Below, one piece after another: positions 56,616 through 64,000 of a stretch of 64,000 nucleotides of DNA; positions within the stretch are counted from its first letter, which is position 1, and the number at the start of each line of letters is the position of its first letter. A model generated the notes under the pieces. It ran no database searches. It was not told the DNA's origin and was given only the letters and a program-made list of their open reading frames with translations. The position numbers were made by a program, and so were the translations under genes. The stretch comes from Candidatus Enterousia sp. (GTDB taxonomy: Bacteria > Pseudomonadota > Alphaproteobacteria > Rs-D84), in assembly GCA_045593065.1 (NCBI GenBank), contig JAZNVZ010000005.1, positions 37,872 through 101,871 of the forward strand. The letters are read 5' to 3'.

Positions 56616-58598
56616 ATGGCACAGAAATATTTAATTACATCTGCATTACCATATGTAAACAATCAATTACACATTGGACATTTAATTGGTTGTTTGTTGC
56701 CCAGTGATGTGTATGCGCGTTTTTGCCGTGCCATGGGGCGTGATGTGTTATATATCGGTGGGTCTGATGAACACGGCACCCCCAGCGAGGTTGGCGCCCA
56801 AAAAGAAAATATGTCTGTCGAAGATTATGTTGAAAAATATCGCACAAAACATTTGGATGCGGTGAGCGATTTTAATTTATCTTTTGATTTGTTTGGCCGA
56901 ACACATACCAAATTACATGAAAAACTGATTCATGAATTGTTTGAACGGTTGGATTCATTGGGTATGATTACAGAAAAAACATCCCTGCAACCTTATTCTG
57001 TGAACGAAAAAAAATTCTTGGCAGACCGGTATGTTATCGGCACATGTCCAAAATGCGGATATGATGGCGCATACGGCAACGAATGCGATAAATGCGGTGC
57101 ATCATTGGACCCAGACGAACTGATTAACCCACACAGTGCGGTTGACCCAACCAGCCCTGTTGAAATGCGCGAAACAAAACATTTGTATTTTAAACTGAGT
57201 GCTATGCAAGATAAACTGCGCGAATGGGTAAATTCCCGCGTTGGTTGGCCACGCACAGCGATTGCTATTGCAAACAAATGGCTGGACGAAGGATTACACG
57301 ACAACCCAATTACCCGCGATTTGAAATGGGGAATACCTGTTAATAAACCAGGATTCGAAGACAAGGTTTTCTATGTTTGGTTTGATGCGCCATGGGGGTA
57401 TGTTTCAATTTCCCAGGCCGCAACTGATGATTGGGCGTCTTGGTGGAAAAACCCAGATTGCAAATACGCAGAATTTATGGGCAAAGACAATGTGTCTTTC
57501 CATTCTGTATTTTTTCCAGCGCAAGAATTGGCAATGGATGATGGATGGAAAACTGTTGATGTTTTAAAAGGTTTTAACTTTCTAAATTTCAATGGTGCCA
57601 AAATTTCTAAATCAACAGGCAACGGAATATTTCTGGACCAGGCGTTATCTATCGCGCCGGCGGATGTATGGCGTTATGCGCTGTTGGCATCGGCCCCAGA
57701 AACAGATGACACTGATTTCACTGTGCAAAGATTTGCAGAAATTGTGAACAAAGATTTGAACGGACTGTTGGGTAATTTTGTTTCACGCGTTTGCAAACTG
57801 ACCGAAAAAAATTTTGGGTTAAATGTGCCAAAATCAAGTGGTATGGACGCCAATTTGGCGAATACAGTCAATAAAAAAATCGATGAATTAACCAAAAATT
57901 TAGAGGCATGCGAATTCCGCAAATCTATATCTGCATTACGCGAAATTTATGGTATTGCAAATGAATATATGACAGACGCCGCACCATGGGCTTTGGTTAA
58001 AAATGGCGATATTGATGCGGCCGGCGCGGTATTGAATAATTGTTTTCAACTGATTGATTTATTCGCACGCGTGTCTGCGCCATTTATCCCGGATACCGCT
58101 GCCCGGATTCAAAATATATTTGGCAATACGCATGATTTATCTTGGCCACAAAAATTTGATGCGCGCATTGCAGACGGCGAATCTTTTGTTGTGCCAGACA
58201 ATCTGTTTGCACGCATTGACGATGATATGGTGCGCGATATCACAGAAAAATATTCTGCAAAACCAGATACAGACATTACACCGATTGTCGCAAAAATTGT
58301 AAATGTTAAACCACATGATTCCAGGGACGATTTGCATATTTTAACGGTTGACACAGGGGATGAAAAATGCCAGGTTGTATGTGGTGCCCCAAATGTTCGC
58401 AACGGCATGATTGGGGTGTTTGCGCCGGTTGGGTGTATATTGCCTGGGGCAAAAAAACCACTTGTCGCGCGCACTGTTGCCGGGGTAAAATCAAATGGCA
58501 TGATGTGCAGTGCCGCAGAGTTGGGCGCAGGGGGCGATTCTGGGAAAATCATTGAACTGAATGATGATAAAGACCTAGGGACAAAGTATAAAGGATAA
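56616..58598 (+). CDS. metG: Methionyl-tRNA synthetase with C-terminal tRNA-binding domain
   Basis: ALPYVNNQLHIGHL (HIGH), KISKSTG (KMSKS), Zn knuckle CPKCGY..CDKCG, Trbp111-like C-domain. Confidence 0.97.
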   Translation: MAQKYLITSALPYVNNQLHIGHLIGCLLPSDVYARFCRAMGRDVLYIGGSDEHGTPSEVGAQKENMSVEDYVEKYRTKHLDAVSDFNLSFDLFGRTHTKLHEKLIHELFERLDSLGMITEKTSLQPYSVNEKKFLADRYVIGTCPKCGYDGAYGNECDKCGASLDPDELINPHSAVDPTSPVEMRETKHLYFKLSAMQDKLREWVNSRVGWPRTAIAIANKWLDEGLHDNPITRDLKWGIPVNKPGFEDKVFYVWFDAPWGYVSISQAATDDWASWWKNPDCKYAEFMGKDNVSFHSVFFPAQELAMDDGWKTVDVLKGFNFLNFNGAKISKSTGNGIFLDQALSIAPADVWRYALLASAPETDDTDFTVQRFAEIVNKDLNGLLGNFVSRVCKLTEKNFGLNVPKSSGMDANLANTVNKKIDELTKNLEACEFRKSISALREIYGIANEYMTDAAPWALVKNGDIDAAGAVLNNCFQLIDLFARVSAPFIPDTAARIQNIFGNTHDLSWPQKFDARIADGESFVVPDNLFARIDDDMVRDITEKYSAKPDTDITPIVAKIVNVKPHDSRDDLHILTVDTGDEKCQVVCGAPNVRNGMIGVFAPVGCILPGAKKPLVARTVAGVKSNGMMCSAAELGAGGDSGKIIELNDDKDLGTKYKG

Positions 58599-58604
58599 AA
58601 GGAT

Positions 58605-58958
58605 ATGACAAATACCAGACACACCATTGAATATAAATATTCTCTGCAACAACAAATTGATTTTGACAAAATCGTTAATGTTGATACTTCAAAATGGACA
58701 GATGTAACATCGGCCGGATTGGCTAAATTTGTACAAACAGAAATTCCAAATTGGAAAAAGTTAATTATCACCAAAAACACAATTATAACCGACCCACAAA
58801 AAGGCAAAACTGGTGGCGTTGTCGCAACCAAACAATCTGTATTGCAAATCGGTTTGATGGGTACGGGATCGCTCTGTTTCGAAGTCGAACGCGACATGAC
58901 ACGCAACGGACAAATTCCTATGCACCTGCGCAACTTTTTTGGTGAAAAACAAAAATAA
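58605..58958 (+). CDS. Hypothetical protein (117 aa)
   Basis: ORF 6 nt after metG. No family recognised. AT-rich. A 274-aa antisense ORF also covers it. Confidence 0.45.
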   Translation: MTNTRHTIEYKYSLQQQIDFDKIVNVDTSKWTDVTSAGLAKFVQTEIPNWKKLIITKNTIITDPQKGKTGGVVATKQSVLQIGLMGTGSLCFEVERDMTRNGQIPMHLRNFFGEKQK

Positions 58959-58968
58959 AGGGATAATT

Positions 58969-59523
58969 ATGCCTGAAAAAATAATTCTGTCTTATTCATG
59001 TAAATTACATTTTTCGAATAACGATAATATGCACATACCGGTACCAGCGATTGATTTGCCAGAAAATGCAACCGCGGCAGATTTGGTGCATGTGGCAAAA
59101 CGGCAACATTTGGAAACTGGCAAAATAGAAGTTATCAAAACCCAAAAAATTATTGATACAAATATTCCAAATCATGTGTTGAAAACCATTACAAACTCTA
59201 TTACTTTGTATGTTGATGACAAAGTCAAAACACCTGATGAAATATACGAATATTTAAAGAGAAAATATAATTCTGATTGTTGGTTTTCACCAAAAAACAA
59301 ACCAAAGACACCCGCAGTGTTAATTGGTCGTATTGTATATCAAAGAAACGCCGCTGTGTACGGTAGTGGCAAGATGGAAACATGGAACGAACACCATGCA
59401 GATGTCCATTCGTTAAAACCCGATACCGATATTTTGGTCAATTCAGATTTAAAAGAAATTTGGCCAACAGATACCGGTGTTATGCCAGAAATCGTGCAAA
59501 AATTCTTTGAAAATGAACGATAA
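58969..59523 (+). CDS. Hypothetical protein (184 aa)
   Basis: ATG 58969 with AAGGGA SD. 11-nt overlap with the queH start. No family recognised. Confidence 0.5.
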   Translation: MPEKIILSYSCKLHFSNNDNMHIPVPAIDLPENATAADLVHVAKRQHLETGKIEVIKTQKIIDTNIPNHVLKTITNSITLYVDDKVKTPDEIYEYLKRKYNSDCWFSPKNKPKTPAVLIGRIVYQRNAAVYGSGKMETWNEHHADVHSLKPDTDILVNSDLKEIWPTDTGVMPEIVQKFFENER

Positions 59524-60052
59524 AATCAAATTGGTTTTAATGTCTTGTTGCGCCCCATGTTCTGCGGGTGCAATCAAACAGTTGGCAAATGGCGAAATTT
59601 GCAATGTTGATGATTTTATTGTTTTGTTCTATAATCCAAATATTTTCCCAGATACCGAATATCAAAAACGATTGGCGGAACAAATTAAATACTGTGAATC
59701 TTTGTCTGTAAAATATGCGGTTGGCGAATACAATCATGAAGATTGGTTGAATTGTGTCCGTGGGTTAGAAAACGAACCAGAACGCGGTGCGCGGTGCAGT
59801 AAATGCTTTGCATTTCGGTTTGCGTTTGCGCGTGAATTTGCAATTAAAAATGGATATAACGCGATTGCATCTGTGTTTGGTGTATCACGATTCAAATCCC
59901 AATCCCAGGTTGATGATGCTGGTATCGCGGCATGTGCCGAGATTCCGTATATACCGGTAAAATGGGATGAAACATTGCGACAACAAATCAACAAAAATAC
60001 CGACTTTTACCGGCAAAATTATTGCGGTTGCGAATTTTCTATGCGCAAGTAA
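59513..60052 (+). CDS. queH: Epoxyqueuosine reductase QueH (DUF208)
   Basis: LMSCCAPCSAG, ERGARCSKCF, and C-terminal YRQNYCGCEFS Cys motifs. Confidence 0.88.
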   Translation: MNDKIKLVLMSCCAPCSAGAIKQLANGEICNVDDFIVLFYNPNIFPDTEYQKRLAEQIKYCESLSVKYAVGEYNHEDWLNCVRGLENEPERGARCSKCFAFRFAFAREFAIKNGYNAIASVFGVSRFKSQSQVDDAGIAACAEIPYIPVKWDETLRQQINKNTDFYRQNYCGCEFSMRK

Positions 60053-60111
60053 ATTTGTTTGATTTTTCGCGGATTTATTCTATAATTTTTACATAAAACA
60101 AAAGGGTTATT

Positions 60112-60987
60112 ATGTCATCTATATTCGTTTTCCCAGGTCAAGGCGCACAAGTTGTTGGTATGGGTGCGGAACTTTATAAATCAAACGCTGCGGCACGCGC
60201 CGTGTTTGACGAGGTTGATGCGGCATTGGGCGAAAAATTATCAGACATTATTTTCAATGGCCCAATGGATGAACTGACACTGACAAAAAATGTGCAACCG
60301 GCAATTATGGCGACATCGGTCGCAATGTTCCGTGCATCTGGGTTGTCGTTGCCTGAATATGTCGCAGGACATTCACTGGGCGAATATACCGCGCTGTGTG
60401 TGGCGGGCGCAATCAGTTTAAGTGACACCGCAAAATTGTTGCGTGCACGCGGAAACGCAATGCAATCTGCGGTGCCAGTTGGTGCAGGGTTGGTATCCGT
60501 TGTTTTAGGTTTAGACGCAGATACCGTTCGCGCAATTTGTGATGAATCTGGATGCGACATGGCAAATGATAATTGCCCAGGCCAAGTTGTGATTTCTGGA
60601 TTAAAAGAAACGGTGGAAATCGCAACCGAAAAATTAACCGCCGCAGGTGCACGCCGTGTTATGCCATTGGCACTTTCTGCACCGGTGCATTGTCGCGTTC
60701 AAGAACCCGCAATGGAGGTTATGCGCAATGTTTTAGCAGATACAGATATTAAAACGCCAAATGCAAAATGGATTTCAAATAAAACTTGTGCTGTTATTTC
60801 AAATCCAGACGATATACGCGAAGCATTGGTTTATCAAATGACACATGGCGTTCGTTGGCGCGAAAGTGTTTTAGAAATGGTGAATTTGGGTATCACGGAT
60901 GCAACAGAAATTGGACCGGGTAATGTGTTATCGGGACTGATTACACGCACAACCGACAAAATTAATGTCAATAAGTTGGAGATATAA
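60112..60987 (+). CDS. fabD: Malonyl CoA-ACP transacylase
   Basis: FVFPGQGAQVVGMG, active-site GHSLGEY. Confidence 0.95.
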   Translation: MSSIFVFPGQGAQVVGMGAELYKSNAAARAVFDEVDAALGEKLSDIIFNGPMDELTLTKNVQPAIMATSVAMFRASGLSLPEYVAGHSLGEYTALCVAGAISLSDTAKLLRARGNAMQSAVPVGAGLVSVVLGLDADTVRAICDESGCDMANDNCPGQVVISGLKETVEIATEKLTAAGARRVMPLALSAPVHCRVQEPAMEVMRNVLADTDIKTPNAKWISNKTCAVISNPDDIREALVYQMTHGVRWRESVLEMVNLGITDATEIGPGNVLSGLITRTTDKINVNKLEI

Positions 60988-61253
60988 TGTCAAATACAAT
61001 TAAAAAATACGCCATATATAAAAATTCAAAACAGATTGGCGAATATGTTCTGTACAAAAATTGTATTAGATTGAATGCTGCGGAAAATGCTATGTTGAAT
61101 GATATTGTTGATGCTGCCAGGTTTATTGCAAAATATTTTCAAATGCCGCTGTGCATGATTGTCAATCACACGGATTTCTATATTGGATATAACAGCAATC
61201 AAATTCCCACCACGGACGAGATTGTAAAAAAATTTAATCAAAGGAGCAGATAA
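60987..61253 (+). CDS. Hypothetical protein (88 aa) inserted between fabD and fabG
   Basis: TAATG overlaps at both ends (60985-60989 and 61251-61255). No family recognised. Confidence 0.45.
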   Translation: MSNTIKKYAIYKNSKQIGEYVLYKNCIRLNAAENAMLNDIVDAARFIAKYFQMPLCMIVNHTDFYIGYNSNQIPTTDEIVKKFNQRSR

Positions 61254-61981
61254 TGTTCGATTTAACAAACAAAGTCGTTTTAATTACTGGCGCAACAGGC
61301 GGAATTGGTGGTGCCATCGCAAAACAAATGCGCGATTCTGGCGCAACCGTTGTGGTGTCTGGTCGTAATATTGCTAAATTAAACAGCGAATTCGGTGATG
61401 AATATATCAAGATTCCTGCGGATTTGTCCAATGACGGCGCAGGTGTTGAATTGGTTATGGATACGATTGATAAATGTGGAAAAATCGATGTTTTAATAAA
61501 TAATGCCGGTATTACTGCGGACACTTTGATGATGCGTATGAGTGATGAACAGTTTGATAATGTTATAAACACAAATTTGCGCGCTGCGTTTAAAACCTGT
61601 CGTGCTGCATTGGTGCCAATGATGAAACAAAAATTTGGTCGCATTATAAACATGGCATCTATCGTTGGTGCGGTTGGTGGCGCAGGTCAGGCAAATTATG
61701 CCGCAAGCAAGGGTGGTTTAATCGCGATGACAAAATCGATTGCTGCCGAGGTTGCATCCCGCGGTATTACTGCAAATGCGATTGCCCCAGGATTTATCGA
61801 AACACCAATGACCGATGTTTTACCAGATGAATTGAAAAAGAAATATCTGGAACAAATCCCAGCAGGTCGCTTTGGTAAACCCCAAGACATCGCCAATGTA
61901 TGTGTGTTTTTGGCCAGTGATGAAGCATCATACATCAACGGACAAACAATTCATGTTAACGGTGGCATGGGGAGATTTTAA
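61253..61981 (+). CDS. fabG: 3-oxoacyl-ACP reductase
   Basis: TGATGGIGGAIA, NNAGIT, YAASKGG catalytic motif. Confidence 0.95.
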   Translation: MFDLTNKVVLITGATGGIGGAIAKQMRDSGATVVVSGRNIAKLNSEFGDEYIKIPADLSNDGAGVELVMDTIDKCGKIDVLINNAGITADTLMMRMSDEQFDNVINTNLRAAFKTCRAALVPMMKQKFGRIINMASIVGAVGGAGQANYAASKGGLIAMTKSIAAEVASRGITANAIAPGFIETPMTDVLPDELKKKYLEQIPAGRFGKPQDIANVCVFLASDEASYINGQTIHVNGGMGRF

Positions 61982-61984
61982 TCT

Positions 61985-63637
61985 ATGCAAGAATTCGATG
62001 TGATTGTTATTGGTGGTGGACATGCCGGCACAGAGGCCGCAGCGGCCGCGGCGCGCCGTGGTGCACAAACATTACTGATAACAATGCGGGAAAGTGATAT
62101 TGGTGCGATGTCTTGCAATCCATCGATTGGTGGTCCGGGTAAATCACAAATGGTTGCCGAAATGGCGGCGTTCGGCGGTATTATGCCACGCAGTGCGGAT
62201 AGCGCGGGTATTCATTTTCGCACATTAAACGCGACACATGGCGCAGCAACGCGTGCATTGCGCGCACAAATCGACCGCGATTTATATCATAATGCGGTTA
62301 TGAAAATTTTACAGAACACAAAAAATTTAACAGTTTTATTTGAAAAAGTTGTCGCATTGGATTTACAAAACAAGACCGTAAACCATGCGTATAGCGCAAA
62401 ATCTATTATTTTAACAACTGGGACTTTCTTGGGTGGATTGGTGACACGTGGGCCAGAAAAAATATCGTCTGGGCGATTAATGGACGATGGCAATTACCAA
62501 GAAAACGATACATATATTTCAACTGTTTTGCGGACAAGCGGTTTCGATTTAATGCGATTAAAAACAGGAACACCCGCGCGTATTTATCGCGCGTCTATTG
62601 ATTTTTCGGGTTTAGAAGAACAACCAGGCGACAACCCACACGATTGGTTTATGTTTGGCGATGAAAATAATAATTATAATGAAAAATGCTATATCACACA
62701 CACAACCGAACAAACCCACACCGTCATTCGTGAAAATATAAAATCTGCCCCAATGTATAACGGCGATATTGTGGGAACAGGTCCGCGGTATTGTCCTAGT
62801 TTAGAAGATAAAGTTATGCGTTTTCCTGAACACACTTCGCATCATGTGTTTTTAGAACCCGAGGGGCTAAACAGTGATTTAATTTATCCAAATGGAATTT
62901 CAACTTCATTTGGCAGTGATATCCAAGACAAATGGATTCGAACAATCCCAGGACTGGAAAACGCGCGAATTGCGCGATACGGTTATGCGATTGAATATGA
63001 TGCGATTGACGCCAGAAAATTAAAATCAACTTTGGAATCCAAAGATATATCTGGGTTATTTTTTGCCGGGCAAATTAACGGAACATCAGGATATGAAGAA
63101 GCCGCCGCCCAAGGTTTGGTTGCGGGCGCAAATGCCGCGGCACATGCGTTGGGTGTGGCGCCATTGTTATTAAATCGTATAAATTCTATGATTGGTGTTT
63201 TGATTGATGATATCACAACACTGGGGGTAGACGAACCATATCGCATGTTCACATCACGCGCAGAATACAGATTAAATCTGCGTGCAGATAACGCGGTTAC
63301 CAGGTTAGGGCAAATTGGTGTGGATTTGGGTTTGATAACGCAAGGCGATTTTGAAAAATTATATAATTTACACAAAGACGAAATCCGTGAAAACGATAAA
63401 ATGTATGCCGGATACATTGAACGCAACGCGCGGGAAATGGCGGCCGTACAACGCGATATGGAAATGAAAATACCGGTCAATATGGATTATACCGGTATGC
63501 CTGGATTAACCAACGAATTGATTGAAAAATTGTCGCGCACGCGCCCGGAAAACATCGCGGCATTGTCGCGTATCCCGGGCATGACCCCGGCAGGTGTAAT
63601 GGTTGTTTTGCGAAAAATAAAATGTGGAAATAAATAA
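61985..63637 (+). CDS. mnmG: tRNA uridine-5-carboxymethylaminomethyl synthesis enzyme MnmG (short, 550 aa)
   Basis: [19 protein letters not shown] motif, [27 protein letters not shown]. Confidence 0.95.
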   Translation: MQEFDVIVIGGGHAGTEAAAAAARRGAQTLLITMRESDIGAMSCNPSIGGPGKSQMVAEMAAFGGIMPRSADSAGIHFRTLNATHGAATRALRAQIDRDLYHNAVMKILQNTKNLTVLFEKVVALDLQNKTVNHAYSAKSIILTTGTFLGGLVTRGPEKISSGRLMDDGNYQENDTYISTVLRTSGFDLMRLKTGTPARIYRASIDFSGLEEQPGDNPHDWFMFGDENNNYNEKCYITHTTEQTHTVIRENIKSAPMYNGDIVGTGPRYCPSLEDKVMRFPEHTSHHVFLEPEGLNSDLIYPNGISTSFGSDIQDKWIRTIPGLENARIARYGYAIEYDAIDARKLKSTLESKDISGLFFAGQINGTSGYEEAAAQGLVAGANAAAHALGVAPLLLNRINSMIGVLIDDITTLGVDEPYRMFTSRAEYRLNLRADNAVTRLGQIGVDLGLITQGDFEKLYNLHKDEIRENDKMYAGYIERNAREMAAVQRDMEMKIPVNMDYTGMPGLTNELIEKLSRTRPENIAALSRIPGMTPAGVMVVLRKIKCGNK

Positions 63638-63663
63638 AATTATATATTATGATACGCGCGTAT

Positions 63664-63739
63664 GCCGGAATAGCTCAGCTGGTAGAGCATCTCATTCGTA
63701 ATGAGGGGGTCGCAGGTTCAAGTCCTGTTTCCGGCACCA
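63664..63739 (+). tRNA. tRNA-Thr (CGT)
   Basis: Acceptor GCCGGAA/TTCCGGC, anticodon stem TCTCA/TGAGG, loop TTCGTAA, T-loop TTCAAGT, encoded CCA. Confidence 0.9.
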
Positions 63740-63744
63740 TAAAT

Positions 63745-63776
63745 AAAAAACACCGGCATTTGCCGGTATTTTTTTT
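63745..63776. terminator. Bidirectional intrinsic terminator
   Basis: AAAAAAC-ACCGGC-ATTT-GCCGGT-ATTTTTTTT (core in inverted orientation). Confidence 0.8.
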
Positions 63777-63797
63777 ATTATACACAATACAAACTTG

Positions 63798-64000
63798 TTA
63801 TCTTTGTCTGGATTCCATTTTTGCTTTATATTTATGATACAATTTCATTGGTATCTTGGCATTATCATACAACATTCTGTCGTATTCTTCGTTATATACC
63901 ATCAAAAAATCAGCATCTTCGTTCTTTACAATACTGCGCGCTGAAACAAAACTGCGCACAGGAATTGCCCAGCAACGAAAAAACGCGATAAAAAATCCAA
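63798..64000 (-). CDS. Partial hypothetical CDS (C-terminal end only; start beyond the window)
   Basis: Hand translation of the minus strand is open from the window edge to TAA at 63800-63798: ..SIVKNEDADFLMVYNEEYDRMLYDNAKIPMKLYHKYKAKMESRQR. Confidence 0.35.
   Translation of the reverse strand, partial: GFFIAFFRCWAIPVRSFVSARSIVKNEDADFLMVYNEEYDRMLYDNAKIPMKLYHKYKAKMESRQR

Noticed and set aside
58109-58933. 274-aa minus-strand ORF, the longest unassigned ORF in the track
   Set aside because: About 490 nt of it lie antisense to the unambiguous C-terminal tRNA-binding domain of metG. Its sequence is low-complexity (Ser/Pro/Phe/Cys-rich) and it has no SD, so it is most likely a shadow ORF. Only its 58605-58933 part competes with a plus-strand hypothetical ORF, and that is flagged in the findings.

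Overview
Gene-dense, AT-rich (judged by eye, not computed) chromosomal segment. It looks most like a small-genome, probably host-associated alphaproteobacterium: alpha-type SspB, family-4 UDG with an N-terminal extension, Pal, ParAB-RsmG, LptD-SurA. The taxon is inference only. I call about 62 CDS, 4 tRNAs (Cys-GCA, Val-TAC, Val-GAC, Thr-CGT) and about 19 intrinsic terminators. I saw no rRNA, CRISPR array, transposase, integrase or prophage genes. Most genes are housekeeping: rluD, dnaX, accBC, rnpA-yidD, mreB, xseB, mutS, truB-rpsO, rsmE, der, pnp, ybaB, infC, pal, parAB, rsmG, gpsA, recF, nusA-infB, lptG-lptD-surA-rlmN, metG, queH, fabD/fabG and mnmG. There is also a complete TolC/HlyD-adaptor/ABC efflux operon and a CaCA antiporter. 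Items worth a second look: (1) A minus-strand operon (820-5733) encodes three tandem 420-450 aa paralogs with class III prepilin-type signals, plus a Zn-ribbon membrane protein and a secreted Cys protein. A normal-size pilin gene is fused behind dnaX with an OmpA-like lipoprotein. No pilus or T2SS assembly genes occur anywhere in the window. (2) An orphan VirD4/TraG-type coupling ATPase appears co-transcribed with two outer-membrane-type lipoproteins, with no other T4SS, relaxase or integrase genes. (3) One near-identical hairpin core (CCGGCAAATGCCGG) is reused as a bidirectional terminator at 10 loci, the same distribution seen for DNA-uptake sequences. (4) Several lineage-specific orphan ORFs are wedged, translationally coupled, into normally conserved operons: fabD-X-fabG, X-ybaB-Y, metG-A-B-queH and rlmN-TrpF-like. 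(5) An operon encodes two secreted proteins, one with four Gly/Ala-zipper modules and one Cys-rich. (6) Regulatory details include an AUU start for infC, a terminator-like hairpin in the nusA leader, and splitting of the classical nusA-infB-rbfA-truB-rpsO-pnp superoperon into three dispersed pieces. All functional calls come from reading translated motifs from memory; no database search was run.
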